From a virus: 64,000 nucleotides of DNA. The DNA lies in IMG/VR virus record IMGVR_UViG_3300029238_000243. One strand, 5' to 3'. Under the pieces are notes generated by a model. That model did not search any database. It saw only the letters and a program-made list of their open reading frames with translations, and was not told where the DNA came from. The stretch's first letter is position 1; the number at the start of each line of letters is the position of its first letter. Both the position numbers and the translations under genes were made by a program. This document shows positions 21,143 to 30,623 of the stretch, one piece after another.

Positions 21143-21577
21143 ATGCATATTATATTGTTTTTATTGATCATGATAATAACTGTGTCTGTAATCTTCATTC
21201 CAATAATCCATAAATCGGTTACAGCTGATCTCGCTGCGATCGAAGCAATGGCTTTAAATGACGAGACAATGCACCCAGATATTGACGTAGCTCCCGGACT
21301 CAAAACAGAAATCTTAATCGTTGTATATGCAGTCTTGGCATTATGTCCAAGTATTTTTCTTATGGGACTATACCCTAGATTCCGGCAGCCAGTATCAGTA
21401 GAGACAGTTCCGGTATCATATGAGTCCGGAGAACAGATACCGAAAAATGTGACCGTTATTGTAGACGAAGAGAATTCAACACATTTTGAGACGATTACAT
21501 ACAAATTTGGCTTTTTGTATGAAAAGGAAACGTCATTGCACGTAAATCTCTCTGATAATATCAGCGACGCACGATAG
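21143..21577 (+). CDS. Membrane protein.
   Basis: It has two TM helices and the RBS aaaggaattaaaaccATG. Confidence 0.55.
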   Translation: MHIILFLLIMIITVSVIFIPIIHKSVTADLAAIEAMALNDETMHPDIDVAPGLKTEILIVVYAVLALCPSIFLMGLYPRFRQPVSVETVPVSYESGEQIPKNVTVIVDEENSTHFETITYKFGFLYEKETSLHVNLSDNISDAR

Positions 21578-21733
21578 AAACAGTAGAGTCGGAACCGAAT
21601 GTTTTAGAGCCGATTATTTTACAAAAACACAACTCTTTCCGAGTGAATGGGCTCCGAAAAGAGCTGTTCCGAAAGTGAAAAGCAATTCCATATTTACGAC
21701 AACAAATTGTGAAAGAGAAAAGGAGATTATATT

Positions 21734-22231
21734 ATGGTATCTATAAAACTTGTTCTTATTATTTGGCTACTGTGTTCATTGGTATCCACTATTTTGTACA
21801 TCGCTTTTGATAATGATACAGTTACAGGACTTTTTGCAGTCGGTCCGGTTGGTTGGGTTCTAAGTATCATTTGCTTCCTTGTAAACAAAATTCATCGGTT
21901 CTTCAAGTATCATTTCAAAAAGATGTCAATCTGGGATGACGGGAACGGAAATCTGTATTATGTTACGCCGAAGATGAATTGGGATATCATACATTGTGAA
22001 CTCGCAAAAGGTTACAAATTAGTAAAACAATATGCGCCGAAGTCTGAATGGAAGGATCTCGAAACATTTCCGGACGAATTTCTGGAAGTATGTCTTATTA
22101 ATTGCAGGCATTGCGTACACAGAGCTGGATGCGATGCACGTTATGAACATGGACAATCAATTCTATGCAAAACCAATGAGATCGGATGTATTATAGAATA
22201 CGATTGCTATCAATTCGATAAGACATCTTGA
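21734..22231 (+). CDS. Membrane protein with a Cys/His-rich C-terminal domain.
   Basis: It has the RBS aaaaggagattatattATG and TM helices. Confidence 0.55.
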   Translation: MVSIKLVLIIWLLCSLVSTILYIAFDNDTVTGLFAVGPVGWVLSIICFLVNKIHRFFKYHFKKMSIWDDGNGNLYYVTPKMNWDIIHCELAKGYKLVKQYAPKSEWKDLETFPDEFLEVCLINCRHCVHRAGCDARYEHGQSILCKTNEIGCIIEYDCYQFDKTS

Positions 22232-22237
22232 AAAATC

Positions 22238-22274
22238 ATAAAACAAGAAGCCACCTACCGTAATTGGTAAGTGG
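22238..22274. terminator. Bidirectional terminator hairpin (AAGCCACCTACC..GGTAAGTGGTTTCTT).
   Basis: A near-identical hairpin architecture recurs at 43996-44045. Confidence 0.45.
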
Positions 22275-22286
22275 TTTCTTGTGTGT

Positions 22287-22775
22287 TTAGAATGCCATTA
22301 CAGGCGCCGTTTCAAATGCAGGTGTTACTTCGGAGACGGCATCTGGATCTGGAAGTTCGATTCCCAGGATTGCGTTTTCCAAAAGAGCTGCGATCTGATC
22401 AAGGTCTCCGGTAAAAAGACCTGCAGACATAGACGCCAACTTATCTGTGTTAACATGTGTGTAATTATACAATGTTGTCATGATATCGTCGGATTCGTAA
22501 CCATAATCTGTAATAGTAGGGTTCCCGGATACGTTTTTGATGCGGAATATAAAGGTTCCACACCAGTCAGCCATTCCATCGGCATCCCCAAGACAGTATT
22601 CCATGCAAACAGCAAAAAGATTCACATCAGGAATAAAGACTACTGGATCACAAAGCAGAAATGTATCGTTACTAGTTAAGTCCGCTTTGATAGAATTCAT
22701 ATCGTATTCCTCAATTTCGGACTCTAATGTATCGATTACTTCCTGCAATGTTCCTGTTTTAAGTATTTCTCTCAT
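22287..22775 (-). CDS. Hypothetical acidic protein.
   Basis: It has the RBS aaggaggaattgaatATG and a class-B box at 22814. Confidence 0.55.
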   Translation of the reverse strand: MREILKTGTLQEVIDTLESEIEEYDMNSIKADLTSNDTFLLCDPVVFIPDVNLFAVCMEYCLGDADGMADWCGTFIFRIKNVSGNPTITDYGYESDDIMTTLYNYTHVNTDKLASMSAGLFTGDLDQIAALLENAILGIELPDPDAVSEVTPAFETAPVMAF

Positions 22776-22863
22776 ATTCAATTCCTCCTTTAATATGCGA
22801 TTAGTGGTTATTCTAAATATGTGCTCGAACCGTATTACGAAACAAATTTGATTTTTTTTGCAA

Positions 22864-22901
22864 TTTCCTGACGAGGTTTTCAAAAAGTGAGCCTTATCAT
22901 G
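22864..22901 (+). promoter_or_regulatory. Class-A promoter-like box.
   Basis: TTTCCTGACGAGGTTTTCAAAAAGTGAGCCTTATCAT, 45 bp upstream of the SPFH gene. Confidence 0.45.
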
Positions 22902-22945
22902 TTTAGAAACGAAAACATAACAAAAAAAACAAAGGAGGATTTAAT

Positions 22946-23902
22946 ATGTTTTTATTCGTGCTAGGCATTATTGCAACTATAGTATTATTCTTCGTTTTGG
23001 GTATTGAACTTACAGACGAAGCAGTAGAGATGCATTTTAGAAAGAGACAGTTTCTTGCTGTATTCGGACTTATACTCTGTGGTTTCGGATGTGTCCGAAC
23101 CGTACCGACTGGATATACCGGAATTTTAACTACATTCGGACGAGTCGAATCGCAGACATTAGATGCAGGTATAGCTTTTGTAGAGCCTTGGCAAAAGGTT
23201 GTAAAAATGGATAACCGTGTACAAAAAGCACAAGTAGATATGACCTGCTTCTCAAAAGATATTCAGGAAGTAACACTTACATACACCGTCAACTATCAGA
23301 TTAGCCAGCAGAATGCACAGGATATTTATCGTACAATCGGTTCTAACTACTATGACACAGTTATTGTTCCACGTGTACAGGAAGCAGTGAAAGCCGGATT
23401 TGCAAAATACACTGCAAATGAATTGATTGAAGACCGTAATAAGGTTGCTGCTTTAATTCAAACCGATTTGATTGATGATCTTGCAAGTTATAACATTAGA
23501 TTAACTGCAACCGCAATCGAAAATATCGATTTTAGTGACGAATTCACAAGCGCAGCAGAAGCGAAAGTAACAGCAGTCCAGAACAAATTAACAGCAAAGA
23601 CAGAGCAGGAAAGATTAAACCTGGAAGCAGAAGCAGAAGCAAAACGAAAAGTAACAGCAGCTCAAGCAGAAGCCGATTCTGCAATCGTAGCAGCAAAAGC
23701 TGATGCAGAGGTAGCACAGATCCAGGCAGATTCCGCTGAGTATCAGGGCAAAAAGGATGCAGCTATCATGTCATCTGTTGGTTCACAGTTAGATGCACAT
23801 CCACAGTTGATCCAGTACTACTATGTCAAAGGATGGAATGGCAAACTGCCAGAGACAATGCTAAGCGACAAGATCAATACATTGTTCCAGTTAAGCCAGT
23901 AA
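22946..23902 (+). CDS. SPFH/band-7 (HflK/C-prohibitin-like) membrane protein.
   Basis: It has an N-terminal TM helix, an SPFH-like core (GYTGILTTFGRVESQTLDAGIAFVEPWQKV...) and an Ala/Glu coiled-coil tail. Confidence 0.8.
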   Translation: MFLFVLGIIATIVLFFVLGIELTDEAVEMHFRKRQFLAVFGLILCGFGCVRTVPTGYTGILTTFGRVESQTLDAGIAFVEPWQKVVKMDNRVQKAQVDMTCFSKDIQEVTLTYTVNYQISQQNAQDIYRTIGSNYYDTVIVPRVQEAVKAGFAKYTANELIEDRNKVAALIQTDLIDDLASYNIRLTATAIENIDFSDEFTSAAEAKVTAVQNKLTAKTEQERLNLEAEAEAKRKVTAAQAEADSAIVAAKADAEVAQIQADSAEYQGKKDAAIMSSVGSQLDAHPQLIQYYYVKGWNGKLPETMLSDKINTLFQLSQ

Positions 23903-23968
23903 ACAGAATTAAATACAGAGGCTGTTGCATTGCGTAGCAGCCTTTGTTTTCTAATCAAGGAGAACCGT

Positions 23969-24664
23969 ATGGTATTATACAAATTTAAGAAACCGAATCA
24001 GGCGGAAGACAAACCGAAAACAGAGCCGAGAAAGACGTTGGATTCTAAAGATTCGGAAGATAGCGTATATCATTATGATTACATGAAACAGCTTATGAAA
24101 CAGAAAAACGGAACAAAGTCAACGAAAGCAACAGAGGAGTCTAAGAAGAGTAAGAATGGTCCTTTCTGTTTGACAAAATATGACCTACAACCATTTGTTG
24201 AAGTTTCTGTACTACTTGTTGTTATTATTTGTATTATGTTCGTTGCTGTTTTTTTATTATCAGAGCCCGATAATTCAGATACGGATATTGCACAAGCAGA
24301 ACAAACAGCAACCATCGAATCGCATTCCAATGTAGTGTCTGAATATAGTAAATTTGAAGGAATGCAGGAAAATGGGTTGCCAAAAAAGTGGATCGCAACT
24401 GTAAACAAAGACCATAAGTATATTGATTTTAGAGATCTGGCAAAAGAATACGAATACCGAGATATTACAAGGTCATTAAGCTTTACAGTAACAGAAGGAG
24501 ACGAATGTATTGTAGACTCAATCTATGATGTTGGATTTCAAACATCGTGGCCAGCATATGATCTCTGTAATGACTCGAACACAAAAACCTATAATCTTAC
24601 GGTACATGTTAGTGATTCAGATGAGATTGGTACGGTTCAGTTAGTTCTGACAGTAGAAAAATAA
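23969..24664 (+). CDS. Membrane protein.
   Basis: It has a TM helix (VSVLLVVIICIMFVAVFLL). The real start is probably MVLYKFKK. Confidence 0.5.
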   Translation: MVLYKFKKPNQAEDKPKTEPRKTLDSKDSEDSVYHYDYMKQLMKQKNGTKSTKATEESKKSKNGPFCLTKYDLQPFVEVSVLLVVIICIMFVAVFLLSEPDNSDTDIAQAEQTATIESHSNVVSEYSKFEGMQENGLPKKWIATVNKDHKYIDFRDLAKEYEYRDITRSLSFTVTEGDECIVDSIYDVGFQTSWPAYDLCNDSNTKTYNLTVHVSDSDEIGTVQLVLTVEK

Positions 24665-24761
24665 GAAGATCGAAAAGCAGGAAGAGGATATAAGAGAGAG
24701 GATTAGGATGAGGATAAGAAAAACATCTGAAACGGAATATATTCCTCTTCCTTTTTCTTGT

Positions 24762-24798
24762 ATTTCCTGACGAGTTTTCGATATATTGAGCCTTATTG
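24762..24798 (+). promoter_or_regulatory. Class-A promoter-like box.
   Basis: ATTTCCTGACGAGTTTTCGATATATTGAGCCTTATTGT. Confidence 0.45.
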
Positions 24799-24830
24799 TT
24801 AACAAGTAAAAACGAAGGGAGAATACATAT

Positions 24831-25559
24831 ATGTTTCATACAGAAGAATTAAAACAAGTCATTGATCAATTACAGAGTTCTCATGGAGCCAGTCTTGGTT
24901 ATTTTGATACCTTGCTGTTGATTACGAAATTAATCGGACTGTGTGCGGGACCGATTTTATTTGTGTTTGCAGTCTTTGCAGTATTGTATTTTGTTCCAAA
25001 ATATTTACCGCAAATTCTGATACCGCTAGAAAAAGACATGAAGCCATATTATTTTTTGTGCAGCTGGGGAGATCAAAATCTAAATGATCTTCATTTTGAA
25101 GGGATAAGGTTTACGAAGAAATATAAAGCAATCCTTGAAAAACGCGGACATCTAAGATATCAGATAACAACCGTTTTATCCTTAATTGCGTGTTTTTTGT
25201 TAAGTCCATTTTTATTCGTAAGCTTCGGTACTATGTTAACCTACATTACAGTTGTCTGTATCTTTTTATATTGGATTGTAGGAAATAAGACTAAAGATGG
25301 TTATTACCTAACAACTGAAATTGATGATATTAATTTTCGATCACTCTGCCACGAAAACCATTGGGCAATATATGGAAATATTCAAAAACTATCAAGTATC
25401 AATGAGATTGAATCCAATATCAAAGAACAACTGTACAAAGAGGTGTTCTCACTGAAAATGGATAAAGTAGAAATGACACCAATTGAGTTTGAAAAATATA
25501 TGGATGAACATATAGTATCTGACTGTTGTTCTATTCGTTTACCGTTTTCTGAAATCTAA
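24831..25559 (+). CDS. Paralog 1 of a 3-member two-TM membrane-protein family.
   Basis: The N-terminus MFHTEELKQVIDQLQSSHGASLGYFDTLLLITKLIGLCAGP is shared with the genes at 25732 and 26661. Confidence 0.65.
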   Translation: MFHTEELKQVIDQLQSSHGASLGYFDTLLLITKLIGLCAGPILFVFAVFAVLYFVPKYLPQILIPLEKDMKPYYFLCSWGDQNLNDLHFEGIRFTKKYKAILEKRGHLRYQITTVLSLIACFLLSPFLFVSFGTMLTYITVVCIFLYWIVGNKTKDGYYLTTEIDDINFRSLCHENHWAIYGNIQKLSSINEIESNIKEQLYKEVFSLKMDKVEMTPIEFEKYMDEHIVSDCCSIRLPFSEI

Positions 25560-25659
25560 CGAATTCAGTTACTGATTATTTCGGAAACAGATATTTATGG
25601 AGCAAGAGTTGAGTAAACCAATTAATTAGTTTACCGACTTTTTGCTCCCTATTTTATTG

Positions 25660-25698
25660 TTTCCTGACGAGTTTTCCAGATTGTGAGCCTTATTATCA
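25660..25698 (+). promoter_or_regulatory. Class-A promoter-like box.
   Basis: TTCCTGACGAGTTTTCCAGATTGTGAGCCTTATTAT. Confidence 0.45.
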
Positions 25699-25731
25699 AT
25701 AACAAGTAAAGGAAACGAAAGGAGATTATAT

Positions 25732-26439
25732 ATGTTTCATACAGAAGAATTACAACAAATAATTGATCAGTTACAACATGCACAAGGAAGCGGACTCGGG
25801 TATTTCGATACACTACTGCTGATTTTTAAATTAATTGGACTATGTGCAGTTCCTACACTGTTTGTTATCAGTTTAATAGTGATTTTAGTATTGGGACCAA
25901 AATGGATTTCATACAAATTAACGCCAGTGTCAGACACAATGAAGTTATACGATTATCACTTTGTTCTTAAACGAAAGAAAGACAAATATTTTTTGAAGCC
26001 GTCTGATTGGGAAGAAAGTCGTGATTATGAAAAACTACTTTGTAAACGGGGATTCTTGCGTTATAAAATAACCTGTGGCTTCTCTGTAATCGTATTATTG
26101 TTATTAAGTCCATTTCTTTTTAATGACCATACAAAAGTTCTTTTTGGTATATTTACATTTTGTATAATCGTAGGACTTGTACTTACATTGTTTTTCTGTA
26201 ACGATAGTTTTGGTTGCGATGATTGGAGCGATATAGCAAAGGAAAACCCTGTAAATAAAGCAGAAATCAGAAGTCAGTTTCGTGAGAAAATCCAGGAAGC
26301 ATTTAAAACTATAGATACAAAGAAATTGAAGGATATAGATAACCATGAGATTAACCATGAGATAGAACAAACTATAAATGCAACTGTGAATGATCGATAT
26401 TACAAAGCGGTTATCTATGTGAACATTGATGAACGATAG
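25732..26439 (+). CDS. Paralog 2 of the two-TM membrane-protein family.
   Basis: MFHTEELQQIIDQLQHAQGSGLGYFDTLLLIFKLIGLCAVP. The C-terminus diverges from the other two copies. Confidence 0.65.
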   Translation: MFHTEELQQIIDQLQHAQGSGLGYFDTLLLIFKLIGLCAVPTLFVISLIVILVLGPKWISYKLTPVSDTMKLYDYHFVLKRKKDKYFLKPSDWEESRDYEKLLCKRGFLRYKITCGFSVIVLLLLSPFLFNDHTKVLFGIFTFCIIVGLVLTLFFCNDSFGCDDWSDIAKENPVNKAEIRSQFREKIQEAFKTIDTKKLKDIDNHEINHEIEQTINATVNDRYYKAVIYVNIDER

Positions 26440-26660
26440 AATTATCGGAAACGGATATTCACGGGAACAAAAAGGAAGTAAACAAATTAATCAGTTTAGC
26501 AATACTTTTTGTTCCCTGATATTTTGTTTCCGTATAAGTGTATTCGCATCCGGTATTTTTGTGCCAAACTTATCATATAGAACACCGGCTTCTTCGTTAA
26601 CATCGGGCACATATTTAAGACGTAACAAATAAACCATCAAAAGAAAAGGAGAAAAGTATT

Positions 26661-27356
26661 ATGTTTCAAACAGACGAACTTGTAAAAATTATTAACCAGT
26701 TGCAACACGCAGACGGCATGGGGTATTTCGAGACCCTTGGATTGATCTTAAAGTTACTTGGATTATGTGTCGGTCCCGTTATGATTATTGTAGCAGCGAT
26801 CGCAATCGAATATTTCTTGCCGAAACTGGTAGCTAAAAGATTTGTTTCAGTCCCTAACGATTTCAAGCAGTATAATATTTTCATTTATTGTGATCAAGAC
26901 AAAAATCGATTCGAACATTGTTGTACAAGAATGACAGAGGATTTATTACAATATTTGAATAAACAGGAAAAATTCAGAATCATTACTTCCTGGATCTTAA
27001 TTCCAATAATCACCCTGTTTTTATCGCCGATGTTGTTCATTAACATCAACGTGACGATCATTCTTGTATTTGGCTTCTGTGTTGCTTTGTTAATCAAAGG
27101 TTATAATACCTGGACCGTATTTGATTCAAATTCAATTAATATTGCTCCTGATAATATTGCTCCTGATTACAAACGATACAAAGAAAAAGGATACAAACTC
27201 GGACAAAAAGCAGAGTACGTTTGCAGGGAATTAAACAAAGAATATCCTGATCCAACAAAAATATCTGATACAGACAAAGAGGAATGCGCAAAGCGAATTA
27301 AAGAAAAGCTCGAAGATAGTATTTGTGATGTATCGGTCAGATTAGGTCGATTTTAA
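26661..27356 (+). CDS. Paralog 3 of the two-TM membrane-protein family.
   Basis: MFQTDELVKIINQLQHADGMGYFETLGLILKLLGLCVGP. It is preceded by a class-B-like box at 26608. Confidence 0.65.
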   Translation: MFQTDELVKIINQLQHADGMGYFETLGLILKLLGLCVGPVMIIVAAIAIEYFLPKLVAKRFVSVPNDFKQYNIFIYCDQDKNRFEHCCTRMTEDLLQYLNKQEKFRIITSWILIPIITLFLSPMLFININVTIILVFGFCVALLIKGYNTWTVFDSNSINIAPDNIAPDYKRYKEKGYKLGQKAEYVCRELNKEYPDPTKISDTDKEECAKRIKEKLEDSICDVSVRLGRF

Positions 27357-27519
27357 AATGAAACAGAGGCAGGCGTAATAACCTGTCTTTGTTTTTGGAG
27401 ACGAAGCTGTAATACACTTAAACGTTAGTAGTTCAAGCATCATGGCTTCTAGGTTAAGCCCATTCATTACATATTTAAGATGTAACAAAATAACATACAA
27501 GAAAAGGAGAGTAAACCTT

Positions 27520-27657
27520 ATGAGTCGTTACTGTCCAATCGTTGACCACAATGTTACTTACCAGTTTTGCGAAGACTGTGAAGATCGGCAATGTAGTAAA
27601 CGAAACAACAAAAACAAACTAAAGGAGAACAAAAGCAATGACACATGCAGACATTGA
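27520..27657 (+). CDS. Small Cys-rich protein.
   Basis: It has the RBS aaaaggagagtaaaccttATG and the sequence CPIVDHNVTYQFCEDCEDRQC. Confidence 0.4.
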   Translation: MSRYCPIVDHNVTYQFCEDCEDRQCSKRNNKNKLKENKSNDTCRH

Positions 27658-28078
27658 CGTCCGGTATTTGAATCCGGATATTGAAAAATTGACTTATATT
27701 GATGACAAGTCAGATTGGATCGACCTTAGAGCCGCCAAAGAAATGAAACTGAAGAAAGGCGACTTTGCATTGATCCCACTTGGAATTGCCATGAAAATCC
27801 CTTACGGTTTCGAAGCATATGTTGCACCGCGTAGCTCAACATTCAAGAAATGGGGACTTATCCAGACAAATAGTATCGGAATCATCGATAACTCTTATTG
27901 TGGAAACAATGACGAGTGGATGATGCCAGTATACGCAACACGCGATACCGAAATCCATGTAAATGACCGTATCTGTCAGTTCCGCATTATTGAGAATCAG
28001 CCACGAATTATATTCCATGAAAAGGAACAGTTAGTTGGTGAAAATCGAGGTGGATTCGGCAGCACAGGAACAAACTAA
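27638..28078 (+). CDS. dut: dUTP pyrophosphatase (dUTPase).
   Basis: It has dUTPase motif 3 (IGIIDNSYCG) and motif 5 (RGGFGSTG). Confidence 0.9.
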   Translation: MTHADIDVRYLNPDIEKLTYIDDKSDWIDLRAAKEMKLKKGDFALIPLGIAMKIPYGFEAYVAPRSSTFKKWGLIQTNSIGIIDNSYCGNNDEWMMPVYATRDTEIHVNDRICQFRIIENQPRIIFHEKEQLVGENRGGFGSTGTN

Positions 28079-28322
28079 GCCGTAAAACAGAAAACAGATC
28101 TTCTTATGAGGGTCTGTTTTTCTTTGCTTGAAACTTGTACATATTTAGTAAATAAGGAACAATAAGTAACGTTCCGAATAATCCGCAATTATAAAGAAAG
28201 GAACTATCACATTGTCAACTACCCATCACAAAGGAGTAAGGAGTGAAAGCTGCCACCTTATGGTGTGCAGAGGAAACTCCGTTCATGTACAAAATAATTA
28301 GAAATATTTTGTAATTTCCTGA

Positions 28323-28360
28323 CGAGGTTTCCAAAATGTGAGCCTTATTGGTATTAAAGA
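28323..28360 (+). promoter_or_regulatory. Class-A promoter-like box inside the mini-element.
   Basis: ATTTCCTGACGAGGTTTCCAAAATGTGAGCCTTATTGG. Confidence 0.4.
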
Positions 28361-28388
28361 GTTTAGAAATAACTCTTTGCGGTTCCAA

Positions 28389-28697
28389 CTGAGACCGTAA
28401 GACTGCAGGACGAAGAGTCCTGTGAAACCTACCATGTAGGGATGTCTTGAACGTTTCTGCAACGGAGAGACTACATCGCTCAATTTATTGAGGGATTGAG
28501 TCTGTATTTCAAGACCACATCAGACAGATTTGAATACCATAAAAAAAACACTGGGAAACTTCAGAGAAGATCCAGATGTCCTGGTATTTCAAACCTTAAG
28601 TGATACCACTCCTTCGGAGTACAGTTCACTCGAGATAAACTCTCGTGATGTCCTCCTGTACTGAAACCTGCCACCTACTGGCGTGCAGATCAGTTAG
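28389..28697 (+). ncRNA. Orphan omega-RNA-like scaffold (the TnpB guide-RNA 3' region) with no adjacent tnpB.
   Basis: It is about 85% identical to the reverse complement of 61973-62200, the region downstream of tnpB, with two extra insertions of about 50 nt. Confidence 0.4.
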
Positions 28698-28859
28698 TAA
28701 GCCAAGATTATAGAACTGCTAATGTTCTATAATGCTAAGCTTCGGAGTGTGTTTGAGTAACAATTTGACAGAACAAAGAAAGGGAACGACATAGCCAGGA
28801 GTGCTCCTCCCACGACTGAAGGCGTGGGTCTCCGCACATGGCTTGTTAAAGGTATTAAG

Positions 28860-29639
28860 ATGAAAAAGAAAGCAGTAACATTGTTGTTAGCCAGTATGTG
28901 TCTCGGTATGTTAGCTACCGGATGCGGTACATCCGCTTCAACAAAAAACACAAAGACCACGGTTGCAACAGAAGCATCCGCTGAAACAGAAACAGAAGTT
29001 GAAACAGAACAGCCGGATGAGGTAGAGGCAACCGAGATAGTGATCGAAACAGAAACAGAAACAGAAGCGGTCGATGAATCAACAGAAACTGCTGATACAA
29101 AATCAGCAGAAACCGCAACAATCGGTGGCAACTATGTCGATTTTGATAACATGCAGTTTGCGATCAACGGAAAAACATATACATTAGGTCAGACTACATT
29201 ACAGGAACTGATCGATGACGGAGTTCCGTTTAATGAGGATGATATTGCAAATGCATCGAATAATTTGAATAAAAACAGCCAGTCCAGTGGATTCCGCATC
29301 ACATTAGGGGACTATTGGAGTGGACAGGTATATGTATTCAACGATTCAGATGCAGGCAAAACAGCATCCGAGTGTTACATCAGCGAAGTATACTTACCAA
29401 TGCATATTGGAGAAACACAGAACGTAATGTCGTTTGCTTTTCCTGTTGATATGACTTTAGACGAATTGCTCGCAAACGAAAGCGATCCAACAGACAACAG
29501 AACATACGAAGGTGAAAGCCACACAACTGACACAGTAGAATACAAGAAGGATTCAACTAAGTATTATGGTCAGTATGGTTACAAGTTCGAATTCCTTGAT
29601 GGAAATCTTCAGTATATAACCATTGACTACCTGCCATAA
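28860..29639 (+). CDS. Lipoprotein with an acidic Thr/Glu-rich low-complexity linker.
   Basis: It has a signal peptide plus lipobox (LLLASMCLGMLATGCG) and a (TETE)n region encoded by a gaaacagaa DNA repeat. Confidence 0.7.
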   Translation: MKKKAVTLLLASMCLGMLATGCGTSASTKNTKTTVATEASAETETEVETEQPDEVEATEIVIETETETEAVDESTETADTKSAETATIGGNYVDFDNMQFAINGKTYTLGQTTLQELIDDGVPFNEDDIANASNNLNKNSQSSGFRITLGDYWSGQVYVFNDSDAGKTASECYISEVYLPMHIGETQNVMSFAFPVDMTLDELLANESDPTDNRTYEGESHTTDTVEYKKDSTKYYGQYGYKFEFLDGNLQYITIDYLP

Positions 29640-29894
29640 ACAGAATACAATCAGAAAACAGTAAAAGAGACAGATCTTCGATTTCTGAAGGTCTGTTTTC
29701 TTTTCGTTTCTCTCCGTTTCTTTTGAAGGAAATCGAAAAGTGGCGCAACAGAATTGCCATACAAGAGCAAAATGTCTCTTACTCGAAACATTCTTCATCT
29801 AAACGACAAAATGGCTCTATGAGGCATATACGCTTCCACAGAGGCATCCACAAAATTAGAGCTTATTTTCTTACCGTTTCGTCCTTTAGTTTTG

Positions 29895-30080
29895 CTAAAA
29901 CTTCGTCAAAATCTGTTCCTTTTCGAAATCGGTTTTGTTTCTGGTATTATGAAGCAGTTTCTTTACAAATCGTTTCTGTTTCAAATTCAATTTCCGGTAG
30001 TTTGCAAGAAACTCTCGTTCCTCATTAGACAGTTCGATTTCTTTTTCTCCATTTCTGGGACCAAAGACAAAGTCAAGCAT
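29895..30080 (-). CDS. Small hypothetical protein.
   Basis: It has the RBS ggagaaataattATG. Confidence 0.35.
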   Translation of the reverse strand: MLDFVFGPRNGEKEIELSNEEREFLANYRKLNLKQKRFVKKLLHNTRNKTDFEKEQILTKF

Positions 30081-30623
30081 AATTATTTCTCCATATTTTC
30101 CAACATCTGTTTTATGTCACAAAAGGCTTCACTGTAACAAATCTTTGTTTCTTATGAATATATATATGTGTTGATATCATATACATAATAACAGTTATCA
30201 GTACATCATATATATCAGTATAGCATATTTCATAATAGATAACAGCAAAGTCTGTAAACCCTGATGTTTCCTGCATTTCGTGACCATTTGTAAGAAACCA
30301 AAGTGTCGTAAAACCTGATAGTTCGGTCACCAAAACGGAAACGTCTGTCCAGAAAACAAGAATCCACGTACCAAATTTATAAACTGTACAAATAAAACCG
30401 ATTACAGTCACAAGAAACACAATGATGTCGCAAAATCTTGATTTCTGTCCAATGTGGATAAAAATAAAAGTCCCCAATCAAGATATTAACCCACCATTAC
30501 GAGGACAAAACGATGTATCCGTACAAAATAACCACTATTTTATAGACAAAATAAAGTATACGGACAAAACAAAAAGCCCGGCATTGACATCCAGGCAGTA
30601 ACAAATATGTAGTTTTAGAATCA

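Larger units (their letters stand above)
28245..28697 (+). mobile_element. A 453-bp derivative of the IS605-family element at 61973..63902 that has no tnpB. It is inverted relative to the full copy.
   Basis: It has the same left-end border and hairpin (GAAAG|CTGCCACCTTATGGTGTGCAG) and the same right end (CTGCCACCTACTGGCGTGCAGATCAGTTAG|) as the full copy. It keeps the class-A promoter box and the conserved 3' scaffold, and tnpB is deleted. Confidence 0.65.

Noticed and set aside
20893-21504. A 203-aa minus-strand ORF.
   Set aside because: It overlaps the tandem repeats, the class-A box and the plus-strand membrane-protein gene, and it has no RBS. It is likely spurious.
30112-30477. A 121-aa minus-strand membrane-like ORF.
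   Set aside because: There is no RBS, the only possible start is TTG, and it runs into an AT-rich (ATATAT) tract. The evidence is too weak to call.
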